A DNA stretch of 64,000 nucleotides. Origin: Octopus bimaculoides (lineage: Eukaryota). Below, one piece after another: positions 1 through 13,135 of this stretch. Position 1 is the stretch's first letter. Each line of letters begins with the position of its first letter. The stretch spans positions 71,638,826-71,702,825 of the forward strand of contig NC_068986.1 in the NCBI RefSeq assembly GCF_001194135.2, read 5' to 3'. The notes under the pieces were generated by a model. It made no database searches, was not told the origin of the DNA, and saw only the letters and a program-made list of their open reading frames with translations. Position numbers and translations under genes: made by a program.

Positions 1-1555
1 AACAAGATTAATACTTGCTAAGATTCGTCGCGAGAAACAAATTGCGCTAGCTGTTGCATCCTCGGGAATCGCTGCTACGTTATTGCCAGGTGGTAGGACG
101 GCGCACTCGGCATTCAAGCTGCCTTTGGATTTGGTGAGGGCCGAGGTTCCTACTTGCAATATTAGCAAAAATTCAGAGGAAGCTGAAGTTCTTAGACAGT
201 GCCGTCTTATTGTATGGGACGAATGCACAATGGCCAATAAGGGTGCCCCTGAGGCACTCGATCGGTCACTGAAAGATATCAGGGATTCTACAGCTTCTAT
301 GGGTGGTGTAACTCTATTACTTTCAGGAGATTTCCGACAAACCCTTCCTGTCATCCCTAAAGGAACCAGGGCTGATAAAGTGCGTGCATGCCTTAAGTCA
401 TCCATGTTGTGGCCCCAGGTTAAGATGTTAAGCCTAAGCACAAACATGCGTGCGCACTTGCTTGGTGATATCACGTCTGCAGCATTTGCTGAAGACATTT
501 TAGCCCTTGGAGAAGGGAAGGTTCCTAATAATGATAAGGGTGACATGTCCATCTCTGAACTGTGCAACACAGTGGACAACCCTTCTGACCTTTTGGAAAC
601 AGTGTTCCCCAATCTGGAAAGTAACTATGCAGACATCAATTGGCTCAGTGAAAGAACTATCCTGGCCCCCAAAAACGTAGCTGTCAGTGCTATCAATGAC
701 CAGCTCATAAGCCGAATTCTGGGTGAGGAGCGCATCTACAAATCGGTTGACCGGACCTCTGACCCCCAAGACATTGTCAATTACCCTATCGAGTTTCTCA
801 ACTCATTGGAGCCAGCAGGGCTTCCACCTCACATTCTTAGGCTAAGGGTTGGATGCCCAATTATGCTAATCAGAAACTTGCTTCCGCCTAAACAGTGCAA
901 CGGGACCCGCTTAGTAGTTACGTCCCTGATGCCCCNNNNNNNNNNNNNNNNNNNNNNNNNNNNNNNNNNNNNNNNNNNNNNNNNNNNNNNNNNNNNNNNN
1001 NNNNNNNNNNNNNNNNNNNNNNNNNNNNNNNNNNNNNNNNNNNNNNNNNNNNNNNNNNNNNNNNNNNNNNNNNNNNNNNNNNNNNNNNNNNNNNNNNNNN
1101 NNNNNNNNNNNNNNNNNNNNNNNNNNNNNNNNNNNNNNNNNNNNNNNNNNNNNNNNNNNNNNNNNNNNNNNNNNNNNNNNNNNNNNNNNNNNNNNNNNNN
1201 NNNNNNNNNNNNNNNNNNNNNNNNNNNNNNNNNNNNNNNNNNNNNNNNNNNNNNNNNNNNNNNNNNNNNNNNNNNNNNNNNNNNNNNNNNNNNNNNNNNN
1301 NNNNNNNNNNNNNNNNNNNNNNNNNNNNNNNNNNNNNNNNNNNNNNNNNNNNNNNNNNNNNNNNNNNNNNNNNNNNNNNNNNNNNNNNNNNNNNNNNNNN
1401 NGCTAAGTTGCTCATAAAGTTAACCTAGAGGGACAGGCCCCTTATTTTTTGGTTAAGGCTGTGGTAAGTTTTCCTAAGCTGTTCCAATCCAAATCCCCAA
1501 TGCAACACTTCATAATCCTAGATTAATCCCGGGCAACACCGGGCTATACTGCTAG
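1..1555 (+). mobile_element. Helitron (rolling-circle transposon), 3' portion with terminal hairpin and CTAG end
   Basis: Helicase ORF followed by hairpin CCCGG-gcaaca-CCGGG (1528-1543), an 8-nt spacer, CTAG (1552-1555) and then T, which is the canonical Helitron 3' end and A^T target. Confidence 0.9.
2..935 (+). CDS. Helitron Rep/Helicase ORF, PIF1-like SF1 helicase part (partial: 5' end outside window, 3' end in N gap 936-1401)
   Basis: Frame is open from nt 2 to the gap. It contains Helitron helicase motifs ALAVASSGIAATLLPGGRTAHSAFKLPL, LIVWDECTM, LSGDFRQTLPVI, LSTNMR, RTILAPKN and EFLNSLEPAGLPPHILRLRVGCPIMLIRNL..CNGTRL. No introns; visibly more GC-rich than the flanks. Confidence 0.95.
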
Positions 1556-1610
1556 TATACCATAAAACGCACCATCTGAAAGAATCAGCCTTGACATATC
1601 CCTCTTCTTA

Positions 1611-1613
<3 letters not shown>

Positions 1614-1684
<71 letters not shown>
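1614..1684. repeat. (GT)n microsatellite
   Basis: Direct reading. Confidence 0.95.
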
Positions 1685-1685
<1 letters not shown>

Positions 1686-2499
1686 CATAGCTATATATAC
1701 ATGTGTGTGTGTCTGTGTATTTTGTGTGCATACTTTTAGCTAATGTTTCATTATGGGATAAATGGAATGGAAATAAAGAAATGTCATACCATATTCAGTT
1801 CTTGTATATTCGCATTTGTTAGTTTGAGAATGTGTTTTAATATTTGCGGGTTTTCTTGTATAAATTTCAATTATTCATTTAAAATAGTAACCTTTCATAG
1901 AAAATAGAATCCATAATTCAGTCGGTGAACAATAATATCTCTCATGTCTCACTTTGAAAACTCTACTTTGGCAATATTTTTCTTCTGTTCAAATAATGTT
2001 AATTTTGATTAACATATATATTCTTAATACTACAAATAATATTGAATTCATTTAAATTGTACGTTAGTGTTAAGAAGTAATGAAATTCATAAGAAATTTT
2101 ATATCAACAACATTTTTCTTAAATTTCGCTAATAAATCCGACCTCATTCAAATAAAATTAAATATATATAAAAAAACATAGTTGTATTATTGGCTGTTTA
2201 TAATGAGAAGTCGATGAATGAAGAATGTATCTGACAGATAGTTTTGATCTTTCATTGAACATTTCTTAATGTGTGTATACTGCATTCTATAATATATTGA
2301 TTCTACTCCGAGATTGATTATGAGTTTCATAATATAGATCCACACAGCTATCAAATAAACATTTCCTTTGAATCATGAAAAACGATGTTTAACGGACCCT
2401 AAAAATTTCATTAATATTTGCTCTGTTATTTGTATTATCGAAACAGAATGAAGTATATTTATGAATCCAAACTAGTACGATACAATAATTTTTCTTTAA

Positions 2500-2885
2500 T
2501 TTGTTCCAGTCATTCAATCGTGGCCATGCTGGGGCACTGCTTTGAAGGTTTTAGACGAACAAATCGACTCCAGTATTTATTTTAAAGTCTAGTACTTATT
2601 CTATCGGTCTCTTTTTGCCGAACCGCTAGTTTACGGATACGTAAACAAACCAACACTGACTGTCAAGTAAAGATGGTGTACAAACACACGATTATACACA
2701 CGCACACACACACACACATACACACACACACACACACACATTACATCTCCCAAATCCACTCATGAGTCATAAAGCTTCCTTGGCATATTGACCAAGAAGA
2801 CACTTGCCCATGGTGTCATGCAATGCAGGATGACCAAACCCAGAACCATGTGGATTGAACCAAGCTTCTTACTACACAACCACAA
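2500..2885 (-). mobile_element. tRNA-derived SINE (octopus-type family with internal (GT)n), diverged
   Basis: Minus strand begins gtggttgtgtagtaagaagcttggttcaatccacatggttctggg (degenerate Pol III A/B-box head), then gggcaagtgtcttc, an internal (GT)n and a body with gatagaataagtac...ctggagtcgat shared with the other SINEs in this window. Confidence 0.65.
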
Positions 2886-3779
2886 ATAAAAGATATTCAT
2901 GAAAATATCTTAAAATATTAAAAAGTTGATAAGATCAACTAAATATTTCATATTTATTTAATTTGAAAAGATTTTTAGTTTACTTTACCTTTTTTCCATG
3001 ACATACGTTATATTGTCGACATAAGTAAATTTAATACAACACTCCAAACGTTTCTATTTCAAAACGTATACATTAAGCCTTCAACAGGTAAATAATATTT
3101 AATAAAACTCACTTAAACAAAGACCAGTTCTTTCTTGGCTCTCCACGCATCACGGACAATTCCTATTGATGGCACTTCTCAGCCTGTAGATCTGAAATTA
3201 AAATGGCAACGCTCACCAACCTTGCTCTTAGCACTATCAAACTCGGTGTTACGAAATTACCCACGATCCGTGAGTTGAAAGCACTGTGGAAACGAATAAT
3301 CAAACAATCTAGAGTCCTCACCCCATTTTTACATAGTCGGTTATTCCCGTTTATAAACTTCTATCGAATGCTTGCTCGATTGACAGTAGACCGTGAGCGC
3401 CTAGTATAATAGAGGTATCAGATGTACAACTTTGATCTGTGATTGACTCACGACTGTTGCGTCAAACATGACTTGTAGATGATAATAAATCACAGAAGTG
3501 ATGTAGAGGTTCACCGCCGCTGCTCAGTTATTCGGCAAGAGATTCCAACCTGTGTATTTCTAATGGACTATGACAAATCAGCTCGAATGCTCGTCGCAGT
3601 TCCTGTCTACTTCGTAATCTGGATCGAACCAATCAACGAAAAGCGTATTCATAACTTCAGTCTAGTGCGAGATGACGGCGTTTCCACTGCCGGTTCTTCA
3701 GTTGCGGAGATGCATGCTCCCTAACTTGAATTGATTAAAAAGTACGCTAGTTCCTACTTTCTAATTGTTTCGAAACTTT

Positions 3780-4330
3780 GATACCTATTTTGACTTCTGT
3801 GGTATTGTATGACAATGCTAACACGGTTCTTTTGTGTCTCAGTTCATGCGAGATTACAAAAGCATCGGTCATTGGGTCCATAGAACATGAATCGCTTCTC
3901 GGCAGTAAAAACTACTTTGATAACATCAACAGAAGTAGTTAAAAATAATTTTGCGCAGTTTACCCTTGCCTTCTTAGGTTTTTTGCTTAAATAAATCTTC
4001 CTCTTGACTTTTCCGTACATGTATCCAATTTCTTTCAGTGTTATTTGAAATGTTGGAATATTTACATCTATTTCACATTTCTCCTTCACCTTCAATGCCG
4101 TTTACCTTTTTTCCAGCAACCAAGACATGGGTCACAGTCATCTTCATTCGCCTTTGAGTTCTTTTCCAAGCAACTTTTTTCTTCCTCTTTTCTTCCTATT
4201 CCGGTTATAGTCATTCTTTAACATATACACCACTGTAGACTTCGAAATCTTCAAACCAACAGCTATTTTCTTCAGGCTTAGGCCATCTTCTCTCTTCTAT
4301 CAAACTAAAGAACTCATTTCTTTTCAATGC
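3780..4330 (-). mobile_element. Tc1/mariner-like transposase relic
   Basis: Minus-strand translation gives an HTH-like segment GLSLKKIAVGLKISKSTVVYMLKN..RGRKKLL and VVFTAEKRFMFYGPND, resembling the Tc1/Tc3 first catalytic-Asp block VIFSDEKKFNLDGPDG. Interrupted; TIRs not confirmed. Confidence 0.65.
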
Positions 4331-4739
4331 AATTTCATCCGAAAAATTTTTTGTCAATTAAAGAAAGATTTCTTGAAGAATAATACTTATTGAAGTACTG
4401 CATACTGCCTTTGTACTAGAAAATTTGCATAAAAATTTGAAGGGATTGCTCAGGGTGACATTAAAGTAAGCATTCTATTATGTCCGAAAAATAATGTCGC
4501 GTAATTTATATCAAAATATGTAAAAAGAAATGCTCGCAGCACACAAAAGACTGAAACAAGCATCTTACTTTAAGTTAATTTAAAGCTCACAAATATGTGC
4601 GTAGCTACTCTAAGTAGCTCTACAAAATAAACTTTCTAGAAGTACAATTTTTAAGCCGTCTGAAAAAAATTGTCAAGCTCTGTATTAGTGGCAAACCCAT
4701 TATCTATTAATACTGCCATTGTTGATATCCGGGTAGTTG

Positions 4740-7620
4740 TTGTTCCGTAGACCGAATTTCTTACACACCTCTACTCTATTTTCTTATATTCTTTTCAATG
4801 AGTTGCTTGTTTATGTGTAAATTGGACAAGCGTTTATGCTGATAATATATAAAATTGAAGATACTGTATAGTTGGTGAATATAGATTACCACGTGTTGTG
4901 GTATCTCTTGTTTTGTTTGTTAAGTGTGATACCGTGGGTACTAAATTTTGTTCACTCTTTCGCCGGCTCTTGAGAAAGCCTTCATCAACATTTTGTATTT
5001 TGGTTGTTTGTTCTTCTGTTTATTGTAACTTATTTAGCTTGTCTGGTAGTTTCTTCAATATGTTCATTCAGATGAGGTCGCGTTTATTGAATGTGTAATC
5101 GTCCTTGTATTGTGTTCTTTCTTTTGTGGAGCAGTATGCGTTTTGTAGATTCTGTTGAGATGCTTTGATTGATTGACGGTTGCCCATCTTATTAATTTTT
5201 TTCCCTTTTCAGTAAGTATTCTTTCTGTCACTTGTTCTATCCCAGCTTTTGAGACCTTATTGTTTATAGTAAATTCCCGTATATTTGCACATGTGTTATT
5301 TGCAACTTTATATTTTCTCAAATTCTTTGTTTTCTCTAGTATTATTATGTATCTTTCATAGTGCACATGTTATTAGGTTATAGTGTTGATGTGTAACACT
5401 TTAATGTAATTTTTTGGTCTAAGATACTAGGTGATATCTCCTTTTTAAGAAAATACTTTTATCTTTGAACGGGATATTTTGTTTTCTTCTTTAATGCAAA
5501 CTATCAAATTTACCCCGGTCACCCTATATATATATCAGCTTTGTGATGGTGATTTAGAATGTTGTCAAATGTTTTCTTGCTATACTGTATATGTTCTACT
5601 TAATTTCCAATGCTTTTATGCTGGAGCTGTAATATATAAATGAAACAGCTAGTGCGTTTATGATTACTTGTTTATTTCTAGTACTGAGATCAGGTCATAA
5701 TAGGTTTCTTTCAATAGAATTGTTAATGAATGTGAATGCTAAGCGCTGACATTGTAAGCAGTCTGTGTATTATTACTTCTCTCACAGGTATAGGGCTGCT
5801 CTCTAAGTTTTCCTTTTCACTTCTAATGATATAATAGTTTTCCATTGTACTATGACAAACTTTTTTATTTTATTAGTGTTTGAGTTTCTTAGATTGTGTA
5901 GAATATTTTTAAGTGTCCACCAGTGTGAAATACTAGAAAATACCTTCTCGGAGTCAATCGAAGCAATACAGGGGGTTATTTTCACCATTTAATGTCGACT
6001 ATCACGCTCGATTCACTGGTAGCGGTTGTCTTCAGCTATACAACCTTTTCTGGTAGTGTTTCTTATTCTTATAGAAATATTACCGTTTTCTAGATGCCTA
6101 AACAGCCTCTTTTACTGTATCAATCTAACGACATAACTCGTTAATAAGTAAAGGTCTATAATATAGTGACTGCCTGGTATTCTTTTGTGGAATTAGTATA
6201 TTTCCACTTTCGGTATCCATTCAGGCTTTAATTCGTATCTGCTAACCACTTTATTGAATGCTGTTGCTATATAATCATGGGTACTGGCCATGTACTTCAT
6301 CCAGAAACGGGAGACTTTTTCTATCCTAGATACATTGCAGTTGTAGTGATATTACTTATGGGAGAACAACATTGAGGCGCTATTGTGTTTTTTCTTCATT
6401 TCTGAAGCACTGTACATTTTTATTGTGTTGAGTGTCGTTGCTTCATATTCCTTCCCATACACCTGAACTTGGCGTTGGCAGTAGCGTCCTGCGTTGGGTT
6501 GTCTTCTGATGTTATAGTTATTTGTTGATGTCTTCTCTTTAATGTTCTGGCATTTGTTTAAAACAGTTTGTTCTCCTAGGAGAAGCGTTTAATTCAGTTT
6601 GTTTTTGCTGCTATGCTTTGTTTGAGCTTTGCATTTGCTTCCAGAATAGCTTCATGTTTATGTATTTATTGTTATTTGTGTTTTTTTATTATGTTAAATG
6701 GCTCGCTAAGTAAAGATAGTCATTATTACTTTTTACTTATGGTAGAGTGGGATTGGAGCAAATCCGAGGTAAACTTCATCACTACCACTGTTGTAGAATA
6801 AATGAGATCCTGCAGTCTGTCAAAATTCGATACCTTTTTCTTTTATCTAGCACAGAATATCTTGAAAGGTCCAATCATATCTATTCTTTCATAAAGTCGT
6901 TTATTCATTTGTAGCTAATGAACGCGCTTGTGTTGCTCCTTATTCATTGATTCTTTGCTTTTTTCTGTTGTCTTTATCATTTCAGTTATATCATTCTTAA
7001 TACTGTTTTGTTTATCCGTTTGGATGCTTCTTGTTCTTTCATTTGCTGATAGGTATGGGATGGAGGGCTTGCATTTGTTTTGGCTGTGGGGTCGATTGTG
7101 TATGTGTATAGGGGCTTCTTTGATATTCGTAATCTTGTTTAGACTTTAATTTACTGCACAACCTTAGTTGTTCCTTGCATGGTCTGTTAAAAATCAATTT
7201 TATTTTGGTTTTGAGTTCTCGCTTATGGTATCGCTGTTTCCGATGTGTGCTTTTCTTTCGTTTCTGGAGTGTTACGTGCTTTGTTTATGATAGATTCTAT
7301 TTTGCCTTCATTAGATTACGGCACTTTGTTTTTCTAATTTTATTGTACAATTTGTCTCTATATTTGTTTATTTGTGTTTTAAAAACTTTTCAAATGTGGA
7401 TAATATAATGTGTTATATTTTCCTCATTTCTTTGTAGTTGTTTTCAATAACTTAGATGTCTCTTTTATGATACTTGTGTATTTTGGGTAGTGTTGTTGTG
7501 TAATATGCACGTAACATTTCAGTGCAGTTTGTTTTCTTCGGTCCAGCAACCTCTTCTGATTGTATGTGCATTTTGGAGGCTTATAGTAAGAGACGGGCCT
7601 TTCGGTCTAATAATTTTTTT
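4740..7620 (-). mobile_element. Dong/R4-clade non-LTR retrotransposon, decayed near-full-length copy A
   Basis: Degenerate motifs appear in the expected order on the minus strand. These are N-terminal RRGCWTEENK..KCY (~7500-7560), FWMKYMASTH/PEWI (~6200-6310), RT block IASIDSEKVFSSISHWW (like AWIDYKKAFDSVPHSW, ~5900-5970), INALAVSFIYYS and HHKADI (~5520-5670), and CKKFGL after the zinc-finger region (~4755-4775). Many stops and frameshifts. Confidence 0.7.
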
Positions 7621-8229
7621 TTTTTTGACAAGACATCATCTTAGACTATAGTGTTAGTAGCTTCTTTAGTGATCGCAATAGGTTCACAATACAAAATTTT
7701 ATATGGTTTCTTTTGCCTATTGATTTATTTCCAGGAATTGTGGGGAGTATCTACTACCATTAGTTTTATTTTGCGATAGTCTGTTTAAATTGATTAATGT
7801 TTTACGCACTATGAATAAAAATGAAATGGAATTATCATGACATTATGGAAGGAAATTCTCTTCTTGTCAACGCATGAAGATCCATAGAAAGGAAAAGGTT
7901 ATATGAAAACTAATGAATGAAAAGCGGCACACACAGCTAGCAGATATCACTTTGGAAAGCCAACGCCAGTAGTCAAACAGCAGTGCAAAAGATATCTATG
8001 TTGTTAATTCAGATAGAGAATTAGTACTGACTCTTGATATCAAACTAAGTGAGCCACCCACTATTGTAAAAAGAGATGGTAGGAGAGATTAGATGAAGAA
8101 ATAGTTCACAGAATAGACTAGATGATAAGAAGGAGCACATAATAATAGAAATTTGCCAAATTTAGAGATATTGCTTTTGGAACCAGCAAGGACGACTATG
8201 AAGTTAGATTTTAGATATATTCAATTTAT

Positions 8230-10420
8230 TATTCTTGATAATGTCTAGCATTGCCAATTCATCTAACGGTTATTTGAGAATGTTATTATTATAAATTCTT
8301 ACTGGGACAGCTGAGTATTGATGTCCATTATCTTGTTTTGTATTTCCGCTTTAAGTATTGATTTGATGCGTCTGTAATATTTCTTCCTGTTTTTTTTCTT
8401 TCATATCTGTGTATTGTACTCGATCTCTATTTCATTGTTTACAAGGAATTTGGAAATCTGCGTTTGGTCTTATATTCTTTCTTTATGCAGTGTGATATTG
8501 GTCTCCTTAATTAACTTTTCTCTCCTCTGAGTTGACTTGATACGTCTTTTTAATCGAAATCTCATGTAGTGTTTGTGACAGCTTAGATGTTTATCATCTG
8601 TAGCGTGAGGTTTTACATATACAACAGATGGTTATCTAATCTCCCACAACACTTGTACTCGATTCCTGTTTAATTTAGCATTTTAGCTTACAGAACTTGC
8701 ACCATGCAAAAAGTGGGTGAATACCAAGTTTTTTTCGAATAAATGTGGGATTAGATCTGTAACATTTTTTTGTTTACAAAATTGTTTAAACTCACGCCGT
8801 GATTAATTTGTCTGCTGGTTATTGACGCTATCTTACTCGGGGCTAATATTCGCCGGATATACATGCATGTTAGACTAACCATTCGTTGATCAGCAATTCA
8901 TTATACTGCAGCATTCCACTTCATTTTCTAAACAACTTGTGGTTTTCAAGAAGTGTGTTCATCTTCTGTAGTATTACTGTACTACTGCAAGATTACCCAA
9001 ACTGCAGGGAATAAGTTTTAAGGTCTTTTTTGTTGTTTTTTTAGCCTAAATCATTAAGATGATTTCTCTTCAGTGTGACAATCAAGCATTATCTCTTGCT
9101 CCTTCAGCATTTTAAGTGTGCGTATGTGTCCTTGCTAAATGTGTTTACCAGATATATGGAACCATATTATTTCATGGTGGCTTCTGCATGTTTGTTTATA
9201 GTAACAGTTTGAATACTTCGGTTGATATCAACTTCTCGGCGTTTAGAATTGTAATTGTTATTTTAAGCAACATTACTTGGGCTTATTTCTTCACTAACCA
9301 TGTTCTTTCCTGGATTTCTGCTTGCCTTATTGTTGTTGCTATATATATATATATATATTTTTACCTAGTTCTTCATAAAATGGTGTAGGCTTGGAATGGA
9401 TCAGATTGTTTTGTTCATTAATGGTTTGCTGAAGATATTTTGTAAATTAACAAGAATCGGGTATTCTTTAAATTCAGTTTTTTTATGGTTGTGTTATATT
9501 TCTGTAGCATTTGTCGTGTCTTCCTTTGCCCAACTGTATCTTTTCGTCATTAGTCTTTCCTTTATGACAGATACTCTCTTTTATATTTCTTTGTTTTCGA
9601 ATGGTTTTACTTGCCTTTTGATATTCCCATACAAGTAGTTGTAAGTGATTACGCACTTTTGTTTGTAAGTGCTATATTATTCCATTTATCTCATGATATT
9701 GATATTCGTGTTTGTTTTCATTAAGTTTGCGTTGGACAGATTGCATTCTTGATTGTTGTTTTTTCCTTGTTTGTTCCATGGGAAGATTTATTGATTTTAA
9801 TTGTTCAATTCTTTCCACTTTTAGACTATTGTAATATCTTTACAATTTTCTATATTTCAGTACAGTTCATATTCCGTTTTATTTATATTTTCATACTGTT
9901 TTAGTTTTATTTTCCTGATTCAGAGTTCTTTGAGAGTTCTATTATTTTTTCTTAGCTTTTCTTATTCATTTATTTTGTACATTTTAAGCCTATCTCCATG
10001 GTTTACGTTCTCAATTCTACTCTGTGTTCATTATTTCGTGTTTCTTTTAAGCGTTCTTTTTCTGATTTTTAAAATATTTTTCTTATTTTCAGAAAGGATT
10101 TTCTTAAATTAGCTTGTTATATTTGCGATCCAATGTTACATTTAGCCATGTGTTATTTTCCTTTGAAATTCTATGCGAGAATATTGACGTAGCTTCATTT
10201 TTGGATGGAATGCAGCTGTATACTTATTCTTCTCTTGGCAATTTGTGCCATTTCTGTTTGATTTACGATACGTGAGAAATCGAATATTTAAATTGTCATT
10301 ATTTCTGTGTTCTGTATGCTCTATTTCCTCCAATTTGCTATACATAAATTCTAATTATGCATTTTTCGTTTAGCCTAGGGTGAATGACACGATTTCTTAT
10401 TCGTATTGTGTGTCATTTTT
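8230..10420 (-). mobile_element. Dong/R4-clade non-LTR retrotransposon, decayed copy B (RT region, 3' end missing)
   Basis: Minus-strand remnants NMVPYIW (like DMVPHSW, ~9150-9170), NHLLYM*NL (like HLLYMDDL, ~8610-8640) and YYRRIKSILKAE..INTQAVPV..ELAMLD (~8250-8390). Ends are approximate. Confidence 0.65.
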
Positions 10421-11811
10421 TGCGAGTGATCAATCACTAGTTCTCTGCTAGTTTGTATACACAGGTGTTCGAAAGCTGGTCAGTACGAACATAAGTAACG
10501 CATGAGATAGTGGTCAATAGGTCATAAAAGTATACGTACACAATTACCTTTGAATTTGGACTTTGGAAATGAAGAGCCTCATCTCCATTTCTTCAAGGGT
10601 CGCTTACAATCATCGCGATGATTTTTGTTTAACTCCACTAAAAGGTAAAATGTGATTGATAAGTGAGGTTTTTTTGTGCAAGTCATTCGTACTTGTTACA
10701 CTAGCTTCTTTATGTAAGTTCATATCCTTGAATCACTTGAGTTATTTCTCTTTTATCTTTTAATCATACAAGTTATTAATGGCCAAACCCGTTCGTAACA
10801 TTTTTGTATTTATAAAAAAAATTGTCAATCTATCAAAGCAGGTAATTGCAAATTATAGTATGCTGATAAGATAAAATAAGATGGAATGATGTTGTTAGTT
10901 CTCTTCTCTCTTATAAACAAATTAGCGTGTAAATTAAATTTATGTAATTAATACTTAATTTCTTGAAATCAGCACATATTTTCTTTGGGAGTAGCCATCA
11001 AATATCACTCAAATTAGGAAGTAATTGAGAAATTATTACATACATCTTTCCGTTTATCACGCTTTAATATTTTTTTTTTTATGTAGATTCATGCCATCGG
11101 TTTATTTCTGTTGTTTCACGTCAATGTTTTCAAAATTATGCAAATTACGACGACTGGCGAAACACTTGGTATTTCTTCTATGTAAAAAAAAAGAACTTCC
11201 CGAGAGTTCAAAGCAAGTTTTGAATTGTTTATACAATACTTAGTACTCCATTTGGACCATCATATGTCCTAGAGCTGCTATTTTGCTGAAAAGTTTAGAT
11301 TTCCCCGCAGGTATGAAAATAGTATTTTACAAGATCTAGTCTTAATCGCTTAAAACAATGTTTCCTTTTCATTGAAAAATTTCGCGAATCAGCGTTTGGC
11401 TTTTGTTTTCTTTCTCCACTCCAATTAGAAGATAATTGCAATTAATTGGGAAATTTTTCGTACGGCATTCAGTCCATCATTTAAATTATTTATTAAAACT
11501 TGTACTTTTTAATTCTTATTCCTTCCTTTGTTAACTATAGCCCTGGGATAGAAATACCGTCATATTCTGTTTATGTCTCTTATTGTACTAATAGTATTTA
11601 TCAACCTCATAAAATATCAACTAGTGATGCAAGTCATCCATGTTTCTCTCGGTTGGCTGATCTGATGATGCTCGGACACTTATGCGCAGATGTTCAATGA
11701 TAAAATATAAAAGCTATCAACTATCTCAACAAAACATTTCTTGTTATAGTACAATTTACATATATACACTGGCGAAACACAAAGACAGATGCAGAGAGAG
11801 AGAGACAGAGA

Positions 11812-11847
<36 letters not shown>

Positions 11848-13087
11848 ATAAAGAGAGGAGACAGAAAGCACGTGATGGTGCAGGAGAAAGAGAAAGAGTA
11901 AGAGAAAGGGTAAATAGTGAATAGGTAAAAGGATTATCTGTAATGAAAGAACAGGAACAACACTGCCAATTGGATTTCTGTATAGTCTACATACAGTAAC
12001 AGCAGTCTACAATCTGTGCATTTATCACTTTTTGAAAGTATCACCTCTTTGCTTTGCGAGTCGCTACCGAATAAAAGACAAATTTTAAAAGACATCATAC
12101 AGTACATCACTGCATCTCCAATTTGTTGAGCCAGTGATTATTTTTCATTTATTTCATTTGCCTCATTTAGAAATAAAATATTTTTACATTCACATTCTGC
12201 TTGTTGTTTTTCAAACGTAGTGCAGATAGTTGAAATTCTTAGTTACATCTTTTTGAAGTGTTAATATTTATTTTTAACAATCGTCAGTTATTTACTCGAT
12301 GTAATACCTTCTGCGACACGCTTAATTCACTGAAATTGCTGCGACATCTGTATGCAACAATTATTAAATATAATAGTGTATTATTTTCCTATACTATTCA
12401 CTGAAGACCGCATTAGCGTTGTAAGTAGTAGTTAAATTTTATAAATTCAAATAAGTAGCAGATAAAATAACAGATTAACAGATTTTAAAATCATATTTTA
12501 TAAAACGTTTCTGTTTTTTTACTTAATGAAATCCGAATCTCTGTACCGTAATGTCAAACTTAAAACTATAATTGCTGTTATTAAATATAAAATCCCATCT
12601 TGATTTATCGGTAACTTTTCCGCTACTAGAAGAGTGCTAACGTTTGAATATTTATATTTCTTCAGCCATTAATAATGTGATGCTAATTCAGCAGTGAATC
12701 ATCATCATATCGTCGCTTGCAATATATCAGCCAAAACCCATGTTGAATTTTCGAGTGCCAGTTAGTTGTAACATAAAAGAAAGAATAAAAGCAACGGTGT
12801 ATGAAATGCACATGCGTAGAATTTAAAGAAGAGATGATTTTCACACTCATAGCGTGGTCGTGTGCTTGGGCTCCAGCGAACATAGACAGCATGCAATGGT
12901 AAACAGAAGTCATATGGTTCGAAAGTGGAATATTTGCTGTTGTTCGACTTGAATATATAACAAAAACAGAGACTGTTTTCAAATTTAAGCACACTTATAT
13001 CGTTCAAACATTTAAAACATTACTAAAAGGAAATAAACATCTAAATATTAGATGTATATACACAAACATTTATATATAATGTGTGTG

Positions 13088-13135
<48 letters not shown>

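Noticed and set aside
3100-3720. Moderately GC-rich segment with short ORFs (3203-3409, 3479-3724); a faint LQAEKCH resemblance to Gypsy RT on the minus strand
   Set aside because: No ordered motif series; probably a TE relic, but I cannot assign it.
7590-7650. Possible hammerhead or HDV-like ribozyme at the 5' end of Dong copy A (minus strand ..gatga..agaccgaaaggcc..)
   Set aside because: The core reads AAGAUGA rather than CUGAUGA and the stems cannot be closed; insufficient support.
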